Shown: positions 43,599 to 55,090 of the stretch, one piece after another | Numbering within the stretch: the first letter of the stretch is position 1 | Layout: every line of letters begins with the position of its first letter | NCBI GenBank assembly: GCA_041743105.1 | Contig: JBGTNI010000047.1 | Location: forward strand, 19,478-83,477 | Origin: Mycobacteriales bacterium | GTDB lineage: Bacteria; Actinomycetota; Actinomycetes; Mycobacteriales; QHCE01 | Length of the DNA: 64,000 bases | Direction: 5' to 3' | Notes under the pieces: model-generated | What the model saw: only the letters and a program-made list of their open reading frames with translations | The model's database searches: none | Told to the model about the DNA's origin: nothing | Position numbers and translations under genes: made by a program

Positions 43599-43855
43599 AC
43601 CTCATGCTCCTGTGGAATAGCGGACGAATCGAATTACGGCTTCGAACGCAGGAAGGTGCTTAGGCGCCAATATCGCGTTATTAACCCCTAAAAACCGCCC
43701 AAAACGGTCCACGCCAACAAACCGCTTCGCCCCTAATGACCCGTTATGCGTAGGAGCGAGAGGCTCCCTATACGGCCCGGCGCCCATACCGCCCGACAGC
43801 CAGCCGCTATCCTCAACGCGACCGCGAGAGGGTCAAGTCCAGTGAAGGATGACCT

Positions 43856-44299
43856 ATGAGCTACAACACCGACGCAGCCGAACGCGAACATTTCAAGCGC
43901 AGCGTGCTAGCCGGCCTCGCGGTATTGGCCGCTGCGGCCGTGTTCGTACTCGGCTGGTATTGGATCGTTGGTGTCGACAAACCCAAGGACGGGCCCCGTG
44001 TCACCGTCGGCAAGTACATGAACGCTATCCGCACCAAAGACGTCGACACCGCCCAAGGCCTACTCTGCAACGAGCTCGCCAGGAATAAAACCGACGTGCA
44101 GGAGCGGGCCAAACGATTCCGCAAACTGGACTACAAAATCGGCAAGTCCACTAAGACATCCGAGTCTGAGTATCGGGTAGATGTCGGTGTCGACGCCGTC
44201 GTGAACCTTTCCGGCACCGACACCCCCAGTCGAACCACCTACATCTTCAAAGTGGTCGAAGAGGAAGACGAGTGGCGCGTCTGTGGGATCACCACCTGA
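43856..44299 (+). CDS. membrane-anchored small protein with an NTF2/SnoaL-like ectodomain (hypothetical)
   Basis: 147 aa with one N-terminal TM segment (VLAGLAVLAAAAVFVLGWYWIV), followed by VGKYMNAIRTKDVDTAQGLLC...YIFKVVEEEDEWRVCG. A GAAGGATGA-type RBS lies upstream. Confidence 0.6.
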   Translation: MSYNTDAAEREHFKRSVLAGLAVLAAAAVFVLGWYWIVGVDKPKDGPRVTVGKYMNAIRTKDVDTAQGLLCNELARNKTDVQERAKRFRKLDYKIGKSTKTSESEYRVDVGVDAVVNLSGTDTPSRTTYIFKVVEEEDEWRVCGITT

Positions 44300-44328
44300 G
44301 CGGCGTAGCTCGACGGGCCGCACAGCAC

Positions 44329-45585
44329 CTACGCCGGGGGCGGGAAAGCCCGGGTCAGCGCTACGACTTCCTGACGCACGCGTTTCGCGACGTCGTCGGC
44401 GTCGCCTTTAGCCACCGCTGTCACGACTTCATCGATCCAGGCCGCCACCTGCGGCATCTGAGCCGGTGTCATACCGCGGGTAGTCATCGACGGTGTCCCA
44501 ATACGTAGGCCAGAAGGATCGAATGGCTTACGGGGATCGAACGGGACAGTGTTGTAATTGGTCTCGATCCCCGCGGCATCCAATGCTTTCGCCGCGGCCT
44601 TGCCGGTGACTTCTTTAGACGTCAGGTCGATCAAGATCAAATGGTTGTCGCTGCCACCGGAGACCAGATCGAAACCGCGTTCGGTCAAGCCGTCGCTCAA
44701 CGCGCGCGAATTCGCCACCACCTGATGGGCATACTCGGCGAATTCAGGCGTGGCTGCCTCTTTCAGCGCCACCGCAATTCCCGCCGTAGTGTGGTTGTGC
44801 GGTCCCCCTTGCAGTCCTGGGAACACCGCTTTGTCGATCGCCTTCGCGTGCCGATCGGGGCACATGATCATGGCGCCACGAGGACCACGAAGCGTTTTGT
44901 GAGTGGTCGTGGTAATCACATCGGCATGCCCGACCGGGGAGGGGTGGGCGCCGCCAGCCACTAGACCGGCGATGTGGGCGATGTCTGCTACCAGCACCGC
45001 GCCTATTTCACGCGCGATCTGCGCGAACGCGGCGAAGTCGATGATGCGAGGAATCGCGGTGCCGCCGCAGAAAATCAGTTTCGGCCGCTGCTCAAGTGCC
45101 AGATCACGCACTTGGTCCATGTCCAGCCGACCGGTTTCACGGCGCACGCCATATTGCACCGAACGGAACCATGTGCCCGTGGCCGACACCGACCAACCAT
45201 GCGTGAGGTGACCACCCATAGGAAGCGACATCCCCATTACCGTCTCGCCGGGAGCGAGGAACGCAAGATAGACAGCGAGGTTAGCCGGCGATCCCGAGTA
45301 CGGCTGCACATTCGCGTGCTCCACGCCGAACAACGCCTTGGCGCGCGCGATTGCCAACTGCTCGATCGGATCGATGAACTGCTGGCCTTCGTAGTAGCGC
45401 TTACCGGGGTAGCCCTCGGAGTATTTGTTGGTCAGCACCGTCCCGGTGGCTTCCAACACCGCGGCCGATACATAGTTCTCGGACGGGATGAGCCGAATTA
45501 CCTCATCCTGGCGCCGAGCCTCGGACGCAATCAGCTCAGCGATATCGGGATCGGCAGACCGCAAGGCGGTAGCGGTATCAGTCAC
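44329..45585 (-). CDS. glyA: serine hydroxymethyltransferase
   Basis: SHMT blocks are present (DPDIAELI, IPSENYVS, TNKYSEGYPGKRYY, and TTTTHKTLRGPRG with the PLP Lys). I prefer the GTG at 45585, which is 11 aa before DPDI and has an AAGG site upstream. The ORF track extends to 45642. Confidence 0.93.
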   Translation of the reverse strand: MTDTATALRSADPDIAELIASEARRQDEVIRLIPSENYVSAAVLEATGTVLTNKYSEGYPGKRYYEGQQFIDPIEQLAIARAKALFGVEHANVQPYSGSPANLAVYLAFLAPGETVMGMSLPMGGHLTHGWSVSATGTWFRSVQYGVRRETGRLDMDQVRDLALEQRPKLIFCGGTAIPRIIDFAAFAQIAREIGAVLVADIAHIAGLVAGGAHPSPVGHADVITTTTHKTLRGPRGAMIMCPDRHAKAIDKAVFPGLQGGPHNHTTAGIAVALKEAATPEFAEYAHQVVANSRALSDGLTERGFDLVSGGSDNHLILIDLTSKEVTGKAAAKALDAAGIETNYNTVPFDPRKPFDPSGLRIGTPSMTTRGMTPAQMPQVAAWIDEVVTAVAKGDADDVAKRVRQEVVALTRAFPPPA

Positions 45586-45733
45586 CTGGCAAACCTTACC
45601 TGGCGCACTCGTTAAAGTGTCCGCCAGTAGGTTTACTGCCACAACAGCAGAGGCGCATCGCTACGCTGAGCCCACCGCCGACTCCTAAACCGCGGCGGGT
45701 GCGATCCCGTCCAAGCACAGCGATAGCAGGGGA

Positions 45734-47954
<2,221 letters not shown>

Positions 47955-48179
47955 ACGAAGTCCGCCCGAGTAACGATAGGCTTGGCCAACACTAAGAGTG
48001 TCCGGCAACAGGACGTTCGTAGCGAGGTCTCGAAGTTAGGTGGCTTGTCTGGTCAGCATGGCAAGGCGTAGCAGGAGGTCATGCTGGATAGTATGGACAA
48101 CGTTGATCACGCAGCCAGGCGAAGTGCCGGGGAACGCCGCGGTAGAACAGCGCCTATTGCCGGGCGCTCTAGGTAGGGG

Positions 48180-50486
48180 GTGTTATCTGTGCAGGACACC
48201 AACCGAAACTCCGACAACCGCGTGGAGTCTGACGCAGCGAACCACGGCGAGGCCGAGCAGCAACCAGCCTGGGCGCCACCACAGGCAAGCCACAACGCGT
48301 ACTTCGACGATCAACGCACTGTGTACCAACGAATGACGCACGAGGCTAAGACCTCTCCCGAGGACGACGTCGATGACGTGTTCAGCGCCCCTCTGGAAGC
48401 TGCCGATGAGCACCCCACCACACAGCTCGATCTTCCCGGTATGCAGACTCCGAAGACGCCAACCGACTCGATTAGCTCTGGCGACGACCCAACTACGCAA
48501 CTGACTCCGGGCAACTGGACGGTAGTCGCCGGCCAAAGCGCTCAGCCGGAAACCTTTGGCCCTCCTGGGGCAGCGCTGAGCGACCTACACGACGAGGGGC
48601 TCGGCGCTACCATGCACGGCAACCAAGCGTTTGCCTCCTTCCCTGCCCAGGAAGACGCGCAGGACTCGCAAGAGACCACGATGCTTGCCGGCACCCAACA
48701 GCCACCCGAGTCAGAGCAGGTAGCAACGGGTGAGCCTGCCCTGCCGGCAGACGGCAACTCGGCGGACTCGGCAACCAACCAAACGAGGAACGATGAGGCA
48801 GGCGGGCAGACTCCGCTAGCCGATCCCGAAGATGCCGCTACGACCATGCTCACACCGGAGTATGCGCAGCAGTACACCGAGCTATCCGACCAGGCAGCAC
48901 AGCAGGCGGCCCCGCAAGCTAGTCAGCAGACCGGCGGCGACGGACAGGCCGACTACAGCCAGCAGCTCCAGCCCCATCACCAGACGACCGACGGTCAGCC
49001 CGACTACTTTGCCCCTCAGTCTGTACCCCCCCAGCCTTACCAGGACCAGCCCTACGGCGGGCAACAAGGATGGGGTGAGCAGGCGACGTATCTGCAGCAG
49101 CCATACGCCGAGCAACCGTTCTATCCCGATCCGCAACAGAATTATCAGGCTGACACCGGCTATCTGCCGTACGAAGCCGAACAGCCCGGTTACCCGGCCG
49201 GCTATACGCCACAACAGACACCGTTCGACCCATCCCACGGCGCTGCTTTACGTGACGCGCCAACGGGATACCCGCCCTACGCCGAGCCACAGCCCGGTTA
49301 CCACACACCTGAGCAGCAGCATTATCTACCGGCGGAACACCAGTACACGAAGCACCCGTACACGGCGCCCGAACAGCACTATCCCGCACTAGAACATCAG
49401 CACGCCGAACCTGCTCTTGGCGAACCTCCGGTGCCTGAGCACCCAGTGGAGATGGCATCACAACAGGTACCGGTACTGCCCGTCGGCGCCACTCCGATAG
49501 GCGAGGAAGCACAGCACCGCCCCTACATGGTTCCGCAGAACGTTCCCGGTCGATTCGTACCGACAGCAGAAGAGTTCGCTGCTCGCCGCGCTCACAAACC
49601 ACAGACCCCAGAGGCCACTATGGGTCTACCGGGGTTGGTCAAACGGCTCACCTTCGGCATCTTCGCTCCGCCCATGTCGAAGAAGGAAGAAGAGCACCGC
49701 GAGTACGTCACGACGGTGCGCCGCAACTTCGGCGGTCTGCGCCAGATCACTGTCGTCAACCCCAAGGGTGGTGCCGGCAAGACCGTCGCCAGCTTGATGA
49801 CGGCCATGACTTTCGGTCAGAACCGTGGCGGTTATGTGCTGGCTTGGGACAACAACGAGACCCAAGGAACGCTGGGGATGCGGGCGCAACCCGATTTCCA
49901 CGCCCACACGGTCCGCGATGTGTTGCAGTCGCTGGACACGTTCCTGGCAGCCAGCGGAAAGGTCGGAGATCTGTCCAGCTTCGTCCGCTCGCAGGGTGAG
50001 GCGATGTTCGACGTCTTGGCCTCCGATGAGTCGGCGACCGCAGGCGAGATGCTTACCGCTGCCGCGTTCAAGCAGATCCGCGAAGTCGTGAGCCGGTTCT
50101 ACAAGCTCATCATCGTCGACACCGGCAACAACGTGCGTGCCGAGAACTGGCAAGCCGCCATCGACCAGACAGATCAGCTCATGGTGACCATGTCGGCCCG
50201 AGGCGACTCCGCCGAGACCGCTGCCCGGATGCTCGACCACCTGGAGCAGACTGGGCGTTCATCCCTGGTGCGTCACGCAGTCACCGTGGTTTCCATGCCA
50301 CCGAGTCGACGCGGCCTAGACCTACCGGCCATCGAACGGCACTTCTCTGCCCGCACTCGAGCGGTGCTGATTGCACCGTACGAGCCGATCATCGACTCTG
50401 GCGAGCCAATTCACTACGAGAACATTAGTAACGCGAGTAAAGAGGCGTGGCTACGAATCGCTAGCGGCGTCGCCGAAGGCCTGTAG
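48180..50486 (+). CDS. MinD/ParA-family ATPase with a ~480-aa disordered Q/P/Y/E-rich N-terminal region
   Basis: The C-terminal ~280 aa contain ITVVNPKGGAGKTVASL (deviant Walker A) and LIIVDTGNN (Walker B). The N-terminus is low complexity (QQPYAEQPFYPDPQQNYQADTGYLPYEAEQPGYPAGYTPQQ...). The architecture resembles EspI-like proteins. Confidence 0.8.
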   Translation: MLSVQDTNRNSDNRVESDAANHGEAEQQPAWAPPQASHNAYFDDQRTVYQRMTHEAKTSPEDDVDDVFSAPLEAADEHPTTQLDLPGMQTPKTPTDSISSGDDPTTQLTPGNWTVVAGQSAQPETFGPPGAALSDLHDEGLGATMHGNQAFASFPAQEDAQDSQETTMLAGTQQPPESEQVATGEPALPADGNSADSATNQTRNDEAGGQTPLADPEDAATTMLTPEYAQQYTELSDQAAQQAAPQASQQTGGDGQADYSQQLQPHHQTTDGQPDYFAPQSVPPQPYQDQPYGGQQGWGEQATYLQQPYAEQPFYPDPQQNYQADTGYLPYEAEQPGYPAGYTPQQTPFDPSHGAALRDAPTGYPPYAEPQPGYHTPEQQHYLPAEHQYTKHPYTAPEQHYPALEHQHAEPALGEPPVPEHPVEMASQQVPVLPVGATPIGEEAQHRPYMVPQNVPGRFVPTAEEFAARRAHKPQTPEATMGLPGLVKRLTFGIFAPPMSKKEEEHREYVTTVRRNFGGLRQITVVNPKGGAGKTVASLMTAMTFGQNRGGYVLAWDNNETQGTLGMRAQPDFHAHTVRDVLQSLDTFLAASGKVGDLSSFVRSQGEAMFDVLASDESATAGEMLTAAAFKQIREVVSRFYKLIIVDTGNNVRAENWQAAIDQTDQLMVTMSARGDSAETAARMLDHLEQTGRSSLVRHAVTVVSMPPSRRGLDLPAIERHFSARTRAVLIAPYEPIIDSGEPIHYENISNASKEAWLRIASGVAEGL

Positions 50487-50500
50487 TCTTCTTCGGCACG

Positions 50501-51328
50501 ATGACAACGGTGAAGCTTCTCCCTGCGGTGTTTCTCACTAGGTGCAAACCAACTCTGTGTGGGGCATTGCTGTTGGCGATGTTCGCGTTGAGTATCAGCG
50601 GCGTCGGAATGGGTGCGCTGGCCCTCAATCCGGTGGCTCAGTCCGAGGGCTCTTGGAGAGAACGAGCGCCACAGGAAGGGCCCGGCGCTGTAGACCCGCT
50701 TGGCCCCCTGCCGCTACGGGTCATGCCACTGGGAGATTCGATCACCCACGGACTGCAGTATCCGGGCGGTTATCGACGCCAGCTGTGGCGGCTGGCACTG
50801 GCCGCCGGCACCCCCATCAGTTTCGTTGGCAGCCAGCGCGACGCGAGCACTTATTTGCTCGATCCCGATCATGAGGGTCACCCTGGCTGGCAGATCCAGC
50901 AACTGGATCAACACGTCTCGTCGTGGCTTCGGATCTACCGGCCACACGTAATCCTGCTACACATCGGGACCAACAACTTCTGGCAGAAGGGCGAGCTACC
51001 CGAGCTCGCGCCGAGGCGACTAGCCCAACTAATCGACCGGATCATTACCACAGCGCCCAATGCCCGGCTATACGTCGCCACCTTGATTCCTTCCGGCCAG
51101 GGCGATGCGAAAGTGCGACGGTTCAACGCCGCCGTCCCCGCCATAGTGGCGGACCGGGCTGAGCAAGGTGCGCGTATTGCGCTGGTCGACCAGCATGCCG
51201 CCCTCACCTCAGCCGATCTCATCGACGGCATCCACCCCACTCGGCAGGGGTATGCCAAGATGGCAGCATGTTGGTGGCGCGCCATGGCCGCTGAGCTTCC
51301 ATCGTTGCGGAATTTTAGAGTGCAATAG
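50501..51328 (+). CDS. secreted SGNH/GDSL-family hydrolase
   Basis: 275 aa with a signal or TM segment, block I VMPLGDSITHG, block III GTNN, and block V DGIHP. Confidence 0.8.
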   Translation: MTTVKLLPAVFLTRCKPTLCGALLLAMFALSISGVGMGALALNPVAQSEGSWRERAPQEGPGAVDPLGPLPLRVMPLGDSITHGLQYPGGYRRQLWRLALAAGTPISFVGSQRDASTYLLDPDHEGHPGWQIQQLDQHVSSWLRIYRPHVILLHIGTNNFWQKGELPELAPRRLAQLIDRIITTAPNARLYVATLIPSGQGDAKVRRFNAAVPAIVADRAEQGARIALVDQHAALTSADLIDGIHPTRQGYAKMAACWWRAMAAELPSLRNFRVQ

Positions 51329-51397
51329 CGCGACTCCCACACATTCTCGACTAGTGCGGACTATTTTGAGTTCATCCCCACCGACAGGACATAGGAC

Positions 51398-52519
51398 ATG
51401 CCCACTCGCCGTCAGATACTCACCGGGGCGGCTGCCGCCACAACGGCCGCACTGTTGCCAGGAGCTATACCCGCGATTGCGGAGACGGTTGCCCCCGCCG
51501 CAAACCCGGAGAAGGAAACCATCCGCACCCCAGCGACCATAGCGACACGGACCCGAGCGAGCCGGGCTCCGGTGAGCGCTGCGCAGCCCATCGACTTTGT
51601 GGGGTTGAAGTTCGACCGCACGGTGTCCAAAGCGGGCGCTATCCGATTTCGCACTGGGGATTCCTTCGGGCCCTGGCGGGCGCTAGAGCTGTCTCATCAC
51701 GGCCGCGACGACAAACCCATCGGTGCCGTCACGGAGCTGCTGCCGGCCGCGCCGGGCGCGACCGGCTACGAGCTAGACCTACCGGACGGTATCGAAGCCG
51801 CCGAGGTGGTGGCGCTCAACACCACCACTGGCCCGACCCGCAGCAGGTACGCGATCCCCTACGTCGCGCTGCCCAGTTACAGACAGGCACCCGGAACCAA
51901 GTTCTACAGCCGAGCCGGCTGGGGAGCCGACGAGTCGCTGCGGTTCAGCGACGACGGCACCAACTTGTTTCCCGACGAGTTTTACCCCGTGCAGACTCTC
52001 ACGGTGCACCACACCAGCTCCGAACCCGACACCGACCGTAAGGCGGCCGTCCGCGGAGTCTACCGGTATATGGCGGTGGACCGCGGGTTCGGCGACATCG
52101 GTTACCACGTGCTTATCGACCCTGAGGGTAACGCCTATGAGGGTCGCCACTCCGGCGAAGAGTTGTTCCCGATCTTCGACGGGGTGCCGATTCGAAGGTT
52201 TGGTCCCAAGGCGGTGACCGCCGCCCACGTGAAGGGTTTCAATTCCGGCAATATCGGCGTCTGCCTGCTTGGCGACTTCACCAACCAGAACCCAACACCA
52301 GCGGCTCTAGAGACCTTGGTGCGGATGCTGACCGCGCTGTGTTCGCTCTGCGACATCGATCCCACCGCGTCTATTACATATGTAAACCCCGTCGACGGCT
52401 CGACTCGCGATACCCCCACCATCGTCCGGCATCGCGATTGGGCGCCGACGGAGTGCCCGGGCAACACCTTCGCACCGAACTTCAGTAGCATCCCGCAGCG
52501 AGTCGCTGCGCGGCTGTAA
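51398..52519 (+). CDS. N-acetylmuramoyl-L-alanine amidase (Amidase_2/PGRP family) with a Tat-type signal
   Basis: MPTRRQILTGAAAATTAALL supplies a twin-arginine-like motif. Amidase_2 blocks are TVHHTSS, GDIGYHVLIDPEGNAYEGR, NSGNIGVCLLGDF and HRDWAPTECPG. Confidence 0.85.
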   Translation: MPTRRQILTGAAAATTAALLPGAIPAIAETVAPAANPEKETIRTPATIATRTRASRAPVSAAQPIDFVGLKFDRTVSKAGAIRFRTGDSFGPWRALELSHHGRDDKPIGAVTELLPAAPGATGYELDLPDGIEAAEVVALNTTTGPTRSRYAIPYVALPSYRQAPGTKFYSRAGWGADESLRFSDDGTNLFPDEFYPVQTLTVHHTSSEPDTDRKAAVRGVYRYMAVDRGFGDIGYHVLIDPEGNAYEGRHSGEELFPIFDGVPIRRFGPKAVTAAHVKGFNSGNIGVCLLGDFTNQNPTPAALETLVRMLTALCSLCDIDPTASITYVNPVDGSTRDTPTIVRHRDWAPTECPGNTFAPNFSSIPQRVAARL

Positions 52520-52551
52520 AGCAGCTGCCGGACGCCTCTAAGAAGGCCACC

Positions 52552-52647
52552 CCAATAGGTTCTGCCTAGGCCGCAGGAGCCCGCCGCCTACGAGGAAGCG
52601 TGGAGCAAGGCGGCTCGAGCAATGGAACGCCGGCAGAAACCTATTGG
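52552..52647. terminator. long-range inverted repeat between convergent genes (bidirectional terminator candidate)
   Basis: CCAATAGGTTCTGCC (52552..52566) pairs with GGCAGAAACCTATTGG (52632..52647), with one bulge. The inner pairing is CCGCC/GGCGG. It lies between the amidase stop and the DUF3151 stop. Confidence 0.5.
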
Positions 52648-52648
52648 T

Positions 52649-53071
52649 TTAAATCAGCAGCTCGGCGGCGGCGGGGTCGCAGTCAAACAGTAGCTGCGTG
52701 CAGCGGGTGGCCTCGTCGGTCTCGTTGATGTCTGCGGCGGCTCGGGCTAGCGCGGCAACGCACCGCAGAAAACCACGGTTCGGCTCGTGCGACCACGGCA
52801 CCGAACCATGACCAGTCCAGCCGTTGGCGCGCAGTGCATCCAGGCCACGGTGATAGCCGGTGCGGGCATAGGCGTAGGCAGCGATCGTGTCACGGCCGTC
52901 TTGAGCATGCTCGGCAAGGGCAGCCCAAATAAAACTCTCCGCCGGAAAGCGCGCGGCAGCGGTGGCAAGGCCGGTCGTGCCGTCGGCTACCTCGCGCAGT
53001 GCGTCCTGTACCTCGGGATGTTCGGGAAGCAGAATTGCGGGCGGAGCTGCGAGTAGGTTTCTTGTCTGCAT
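52649..53071 (-). CDS. DUF3151 family protein
   Basis: From the ATG at 53071: MQTRNLLAAPPAILLPEHPEV...YAYARTGYHRGLDALRANGW.G.GSVPWSHEPNRGFLR, the conserved DUF3151 core. The family is commonly found next to fba in actinobacteria. Confidence 0.8.
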   Translation of the reverse strand: MQTRNLLAAPPAILLPEHPEVQDALREVADGTTGLATAAARFPAESFIWAALAEHAQDGRDTIAAYAYARTGYHRGLDALRANGWTGHGSVPWSHEPNRGFLRCVAALARAAADINETDEATRCTQLLFDCDPAAAELLI

Positions 53072-53192
53072 AAGGCCATCCTTACTTGTGATGGGGTAAT
53101 TGCCTAGAGTCGGAGTCACCGATGTGGGCTACGCCACTTATTTATCGCCTAGGTAATAGGCAGATTTCTGCTCGAAGCGTATGCTTATCTGC

Positions 53193-53429
53193 ATGAGAAC
53201 AACTCTTCAACTTGACGACGACCTTATTAGCGAGGCGAAAGCCACTGCCGCTCGCACTAAGCGGACACTCAGTCACGTCATCGAGGATGCACTACGGCAA
53301 GCAGCCAGCACCCGCTCGACACGGCCACAGGTACCTGTTTCGGTACCGACCGTTCCGGGCGCACTACGCCCCGGAATCGATCTGAACGACAGCGCCGGCT
53401 TGTTGGAGTTCATGGAGGACGCCAGGTGA
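53193..53429 (+). CDS. vapB: VapB-type antitoxin (DUF2191-like)
   Basis: MRTTLQLDDDLISEAKATAARTKRTLSHVIEDALRQ is the typical N-terminus. 4-nt overlap with the downstream PIN gene. Confidence 0.75.
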   Translation: MRTTLQLDDDLISEAKATAARTKRTLSHVIEDALRQAASTRSTRPQVPVSVPTVPGALRPGIDLNDSAGLLEFMEDAR

Positions 53430-53866
53430 TTCTGTGCGACGTTAATGTGTTGGTCTATGCGCACAAGGAAGGAGCGATCGATCATCGACGGTACCGTTCG
53501 TGGCTTAATCAAAGGCTTGCCAGTGACGAAGCTTTCGGGGTATCGGATCTAGTTCTCAGCGGATTCTTGCGGATAGTGACTCATCCACGCATTTTCGATA
53601 CGCCAAGCACATGGGCTCAGGCACGTGGATTTGTTGATGTTGTTCGGTCAGCGGGTCCAGCGGTACCAGTGAACCCAGGGACTAGACATTGGGAAATTTT
53701 CACTCGCTTGGGCGCGGCGGCCGGCGTCCGTGGAAACCTTGTGCCAGACGCTTACCTGGCTGCACTTGCTATCGAATCGGGCTGTGAATGGATCACCGCT
53801 GATCGTGGCTTTGCTCGGTTTCCCGGTCTGCGGTGGCGTCACCCTCTCACTCCGGCAGCCCTCTGA
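53426..53866 (+). CDS. vapC: type II toxin VapC (PIN domain)
   Basis: 146 aa. MILCDVNVLVYAH supplies the first Asp, and later residues follow the PIN pattern (PDAYLAALAIESGCEWITADRGFARF). Confidence 0.85.
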   Translation: MILCDVNVLVYAHKEGAIDHRRYRSWLNQRLASDEAFGVSDLVLSGFLRIVTHPRIFDTPSTWAQARGFVDVVRSAGPAVPVNPGTRHWEIFTRLGAAAGVRGNLVPDAYLAALAIESGCEWITADRGFARFPGLRWRHPLTPAAL

Positions 53867-53875
53867 TCCAAACCT

Positions 53876-54910
53876 CTACTTACCGATTGTGGTGCCCACC
53901 GAACGCAAATCGCGGCAAGCCTGCACCACACGCTGCGCCATGCCCGTCTCGGCGGCCTTGCCGTAAGCGCGCGGGTCGTAAACCTTTTTGTTGCCAACCT
54001 CGCCGTCTACTTTCAGCACGCCGTGGTAGTTGCGCAGCATGTGATCGGCGATAGGCCGCGTGAATGCGTACTGGGTGTCGGTGTCAACGTTCATCTTCAC
54101 CACGCCGTAGTCCAGAGCCTCGTGAATCTCCGAGAGCAATGAGCCCGAACCGCCGTGGAATACCAGGTCCAACGGCTGCGATCCGACCGGAAGACCCAGC
54201 TTGTCGGCCACAACGTCCTGACCTTCTTTGAGGATCGAAGGTTTGAGTTTGACGTTTCCAGGCTTGTAGACCCCGTGCACGTTGCCGAATGTGGCCGCCA
54301 GCAGATACCGGCCGTTCTCTCCGGTACCCAGCGCATCGATGGTCCGTAGATAGTCATCCGCGGAGGTATAGAGCTTGTCGTTGATCTCGTTGTCGACGCC
54401 GTCTTCCTCGCCGCCCACCACACCGACTTCAACCTCCATAACAATGTCGGCCTTGCGGCACCGCTGCAACAGCTGCTGCGCGATCTGCAGATTCTCTCCC
54501 AGCGGGATGGCCGAGCCGTCCCACATGTGCGACTGGAACAGCGGCAGTTTGCCGGCGCTCACTCGATCCACGCTCAGCTCCACCAGTGGGCGCATGAACC
54601 CGTCGAGCTTGTCTACTGGGCAGTGGTCGGTGTGCAGCGCAATGTTCACCGAGTAGTTCGCCGCCACCTCGTGCGCGAAAGCGGCCAAGGCACTCGCGCC
54701 GGTCACCATGTCCTTCACCGTGCTACCGGAAAGATACTGCGCGGCACCGTGAGAAATCTGCACGATGCCGTCGCTTTCGGCCTCGGCGAAACCACGAATC
54801 GCCGCGTTGAGTGTCTGCGAGGAACTCACGTTGATCGCAGGATATGCAAACGATCCCGCTTTCGCGCGATCGAGCATCTCGGCGTACACCTGCGGGGTGG
54901 CGATGGGCAT
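53876..54910 (-). CDS. fba: class II fructose-bisphosphate aldolase
   Basis: 344 aa. MPIATPQVYAEMLDRAKAGSFAYPAINVSSSQTLNAA..., HTDHC, FHGGSG. Confidence 0.95.
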   Translation of the reverse strand: MPIATPQVYAEMLDRAKAGSFAYPAINVSSSQTLNAAIRGFAEAESDGIVQISHGAAQYLSGSTVKDMVTGASALAAFAHEVAANYSVNIALHTDHCPVDKLDGFMRPLVELSVDRVSAGKLPLFQSHMWDGSAIPLGENLQIAQQLLQRCRKADIVMEVEVGVVGGEEDGVDNEINDKLYTSADDYLRTIDALGTGENGRYLLAATFGNVHGVYKPGNVKLKPSILKEGQDVVADKLGLPVGSQPLDLVFHGGSGSLLSEIHEALDYGVVKMNVDTDTQYAFTRPIADHMLRNYHGVLKVDGEVGNKKVYDPRAYGKAAETGMAQRVVQACRDLRSVGTTIGK

Positions 54911-55090
54911 CTTCTACTCCTTGCGGGAAGTTCCGGCGCCTGTAAGTCATTTATAGGAACAGCCTTGGCAAGACTGTTCGTTTGCGGGCGCGGTCGTCGT
55001 GTGCGAATACGTCTACGTCGAAGTATCGCCTAACGCCCCCGACCACAGCCACCTAGGGTTGCCAGGTAGGCGACGGGTAACCTCGCATAC

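Noticed and set aside
45586-45733. A ZTP, THF or glycine riboswitch upstream of glyA.
   Set aside because: I looked for the conserved ZTP cores (GACUGGCG...CCGCCUGGGC) and found only loose resemblance (CUACUGGCGGAC, GCGCCAGG). What is present is a plain imperfect hairpin (AAACCTACTGGCG...CGCCAGGTAAGGTTT) near the likely RBS, plus a purA-terminator-like stem. This is not enough to call a riboswitch.
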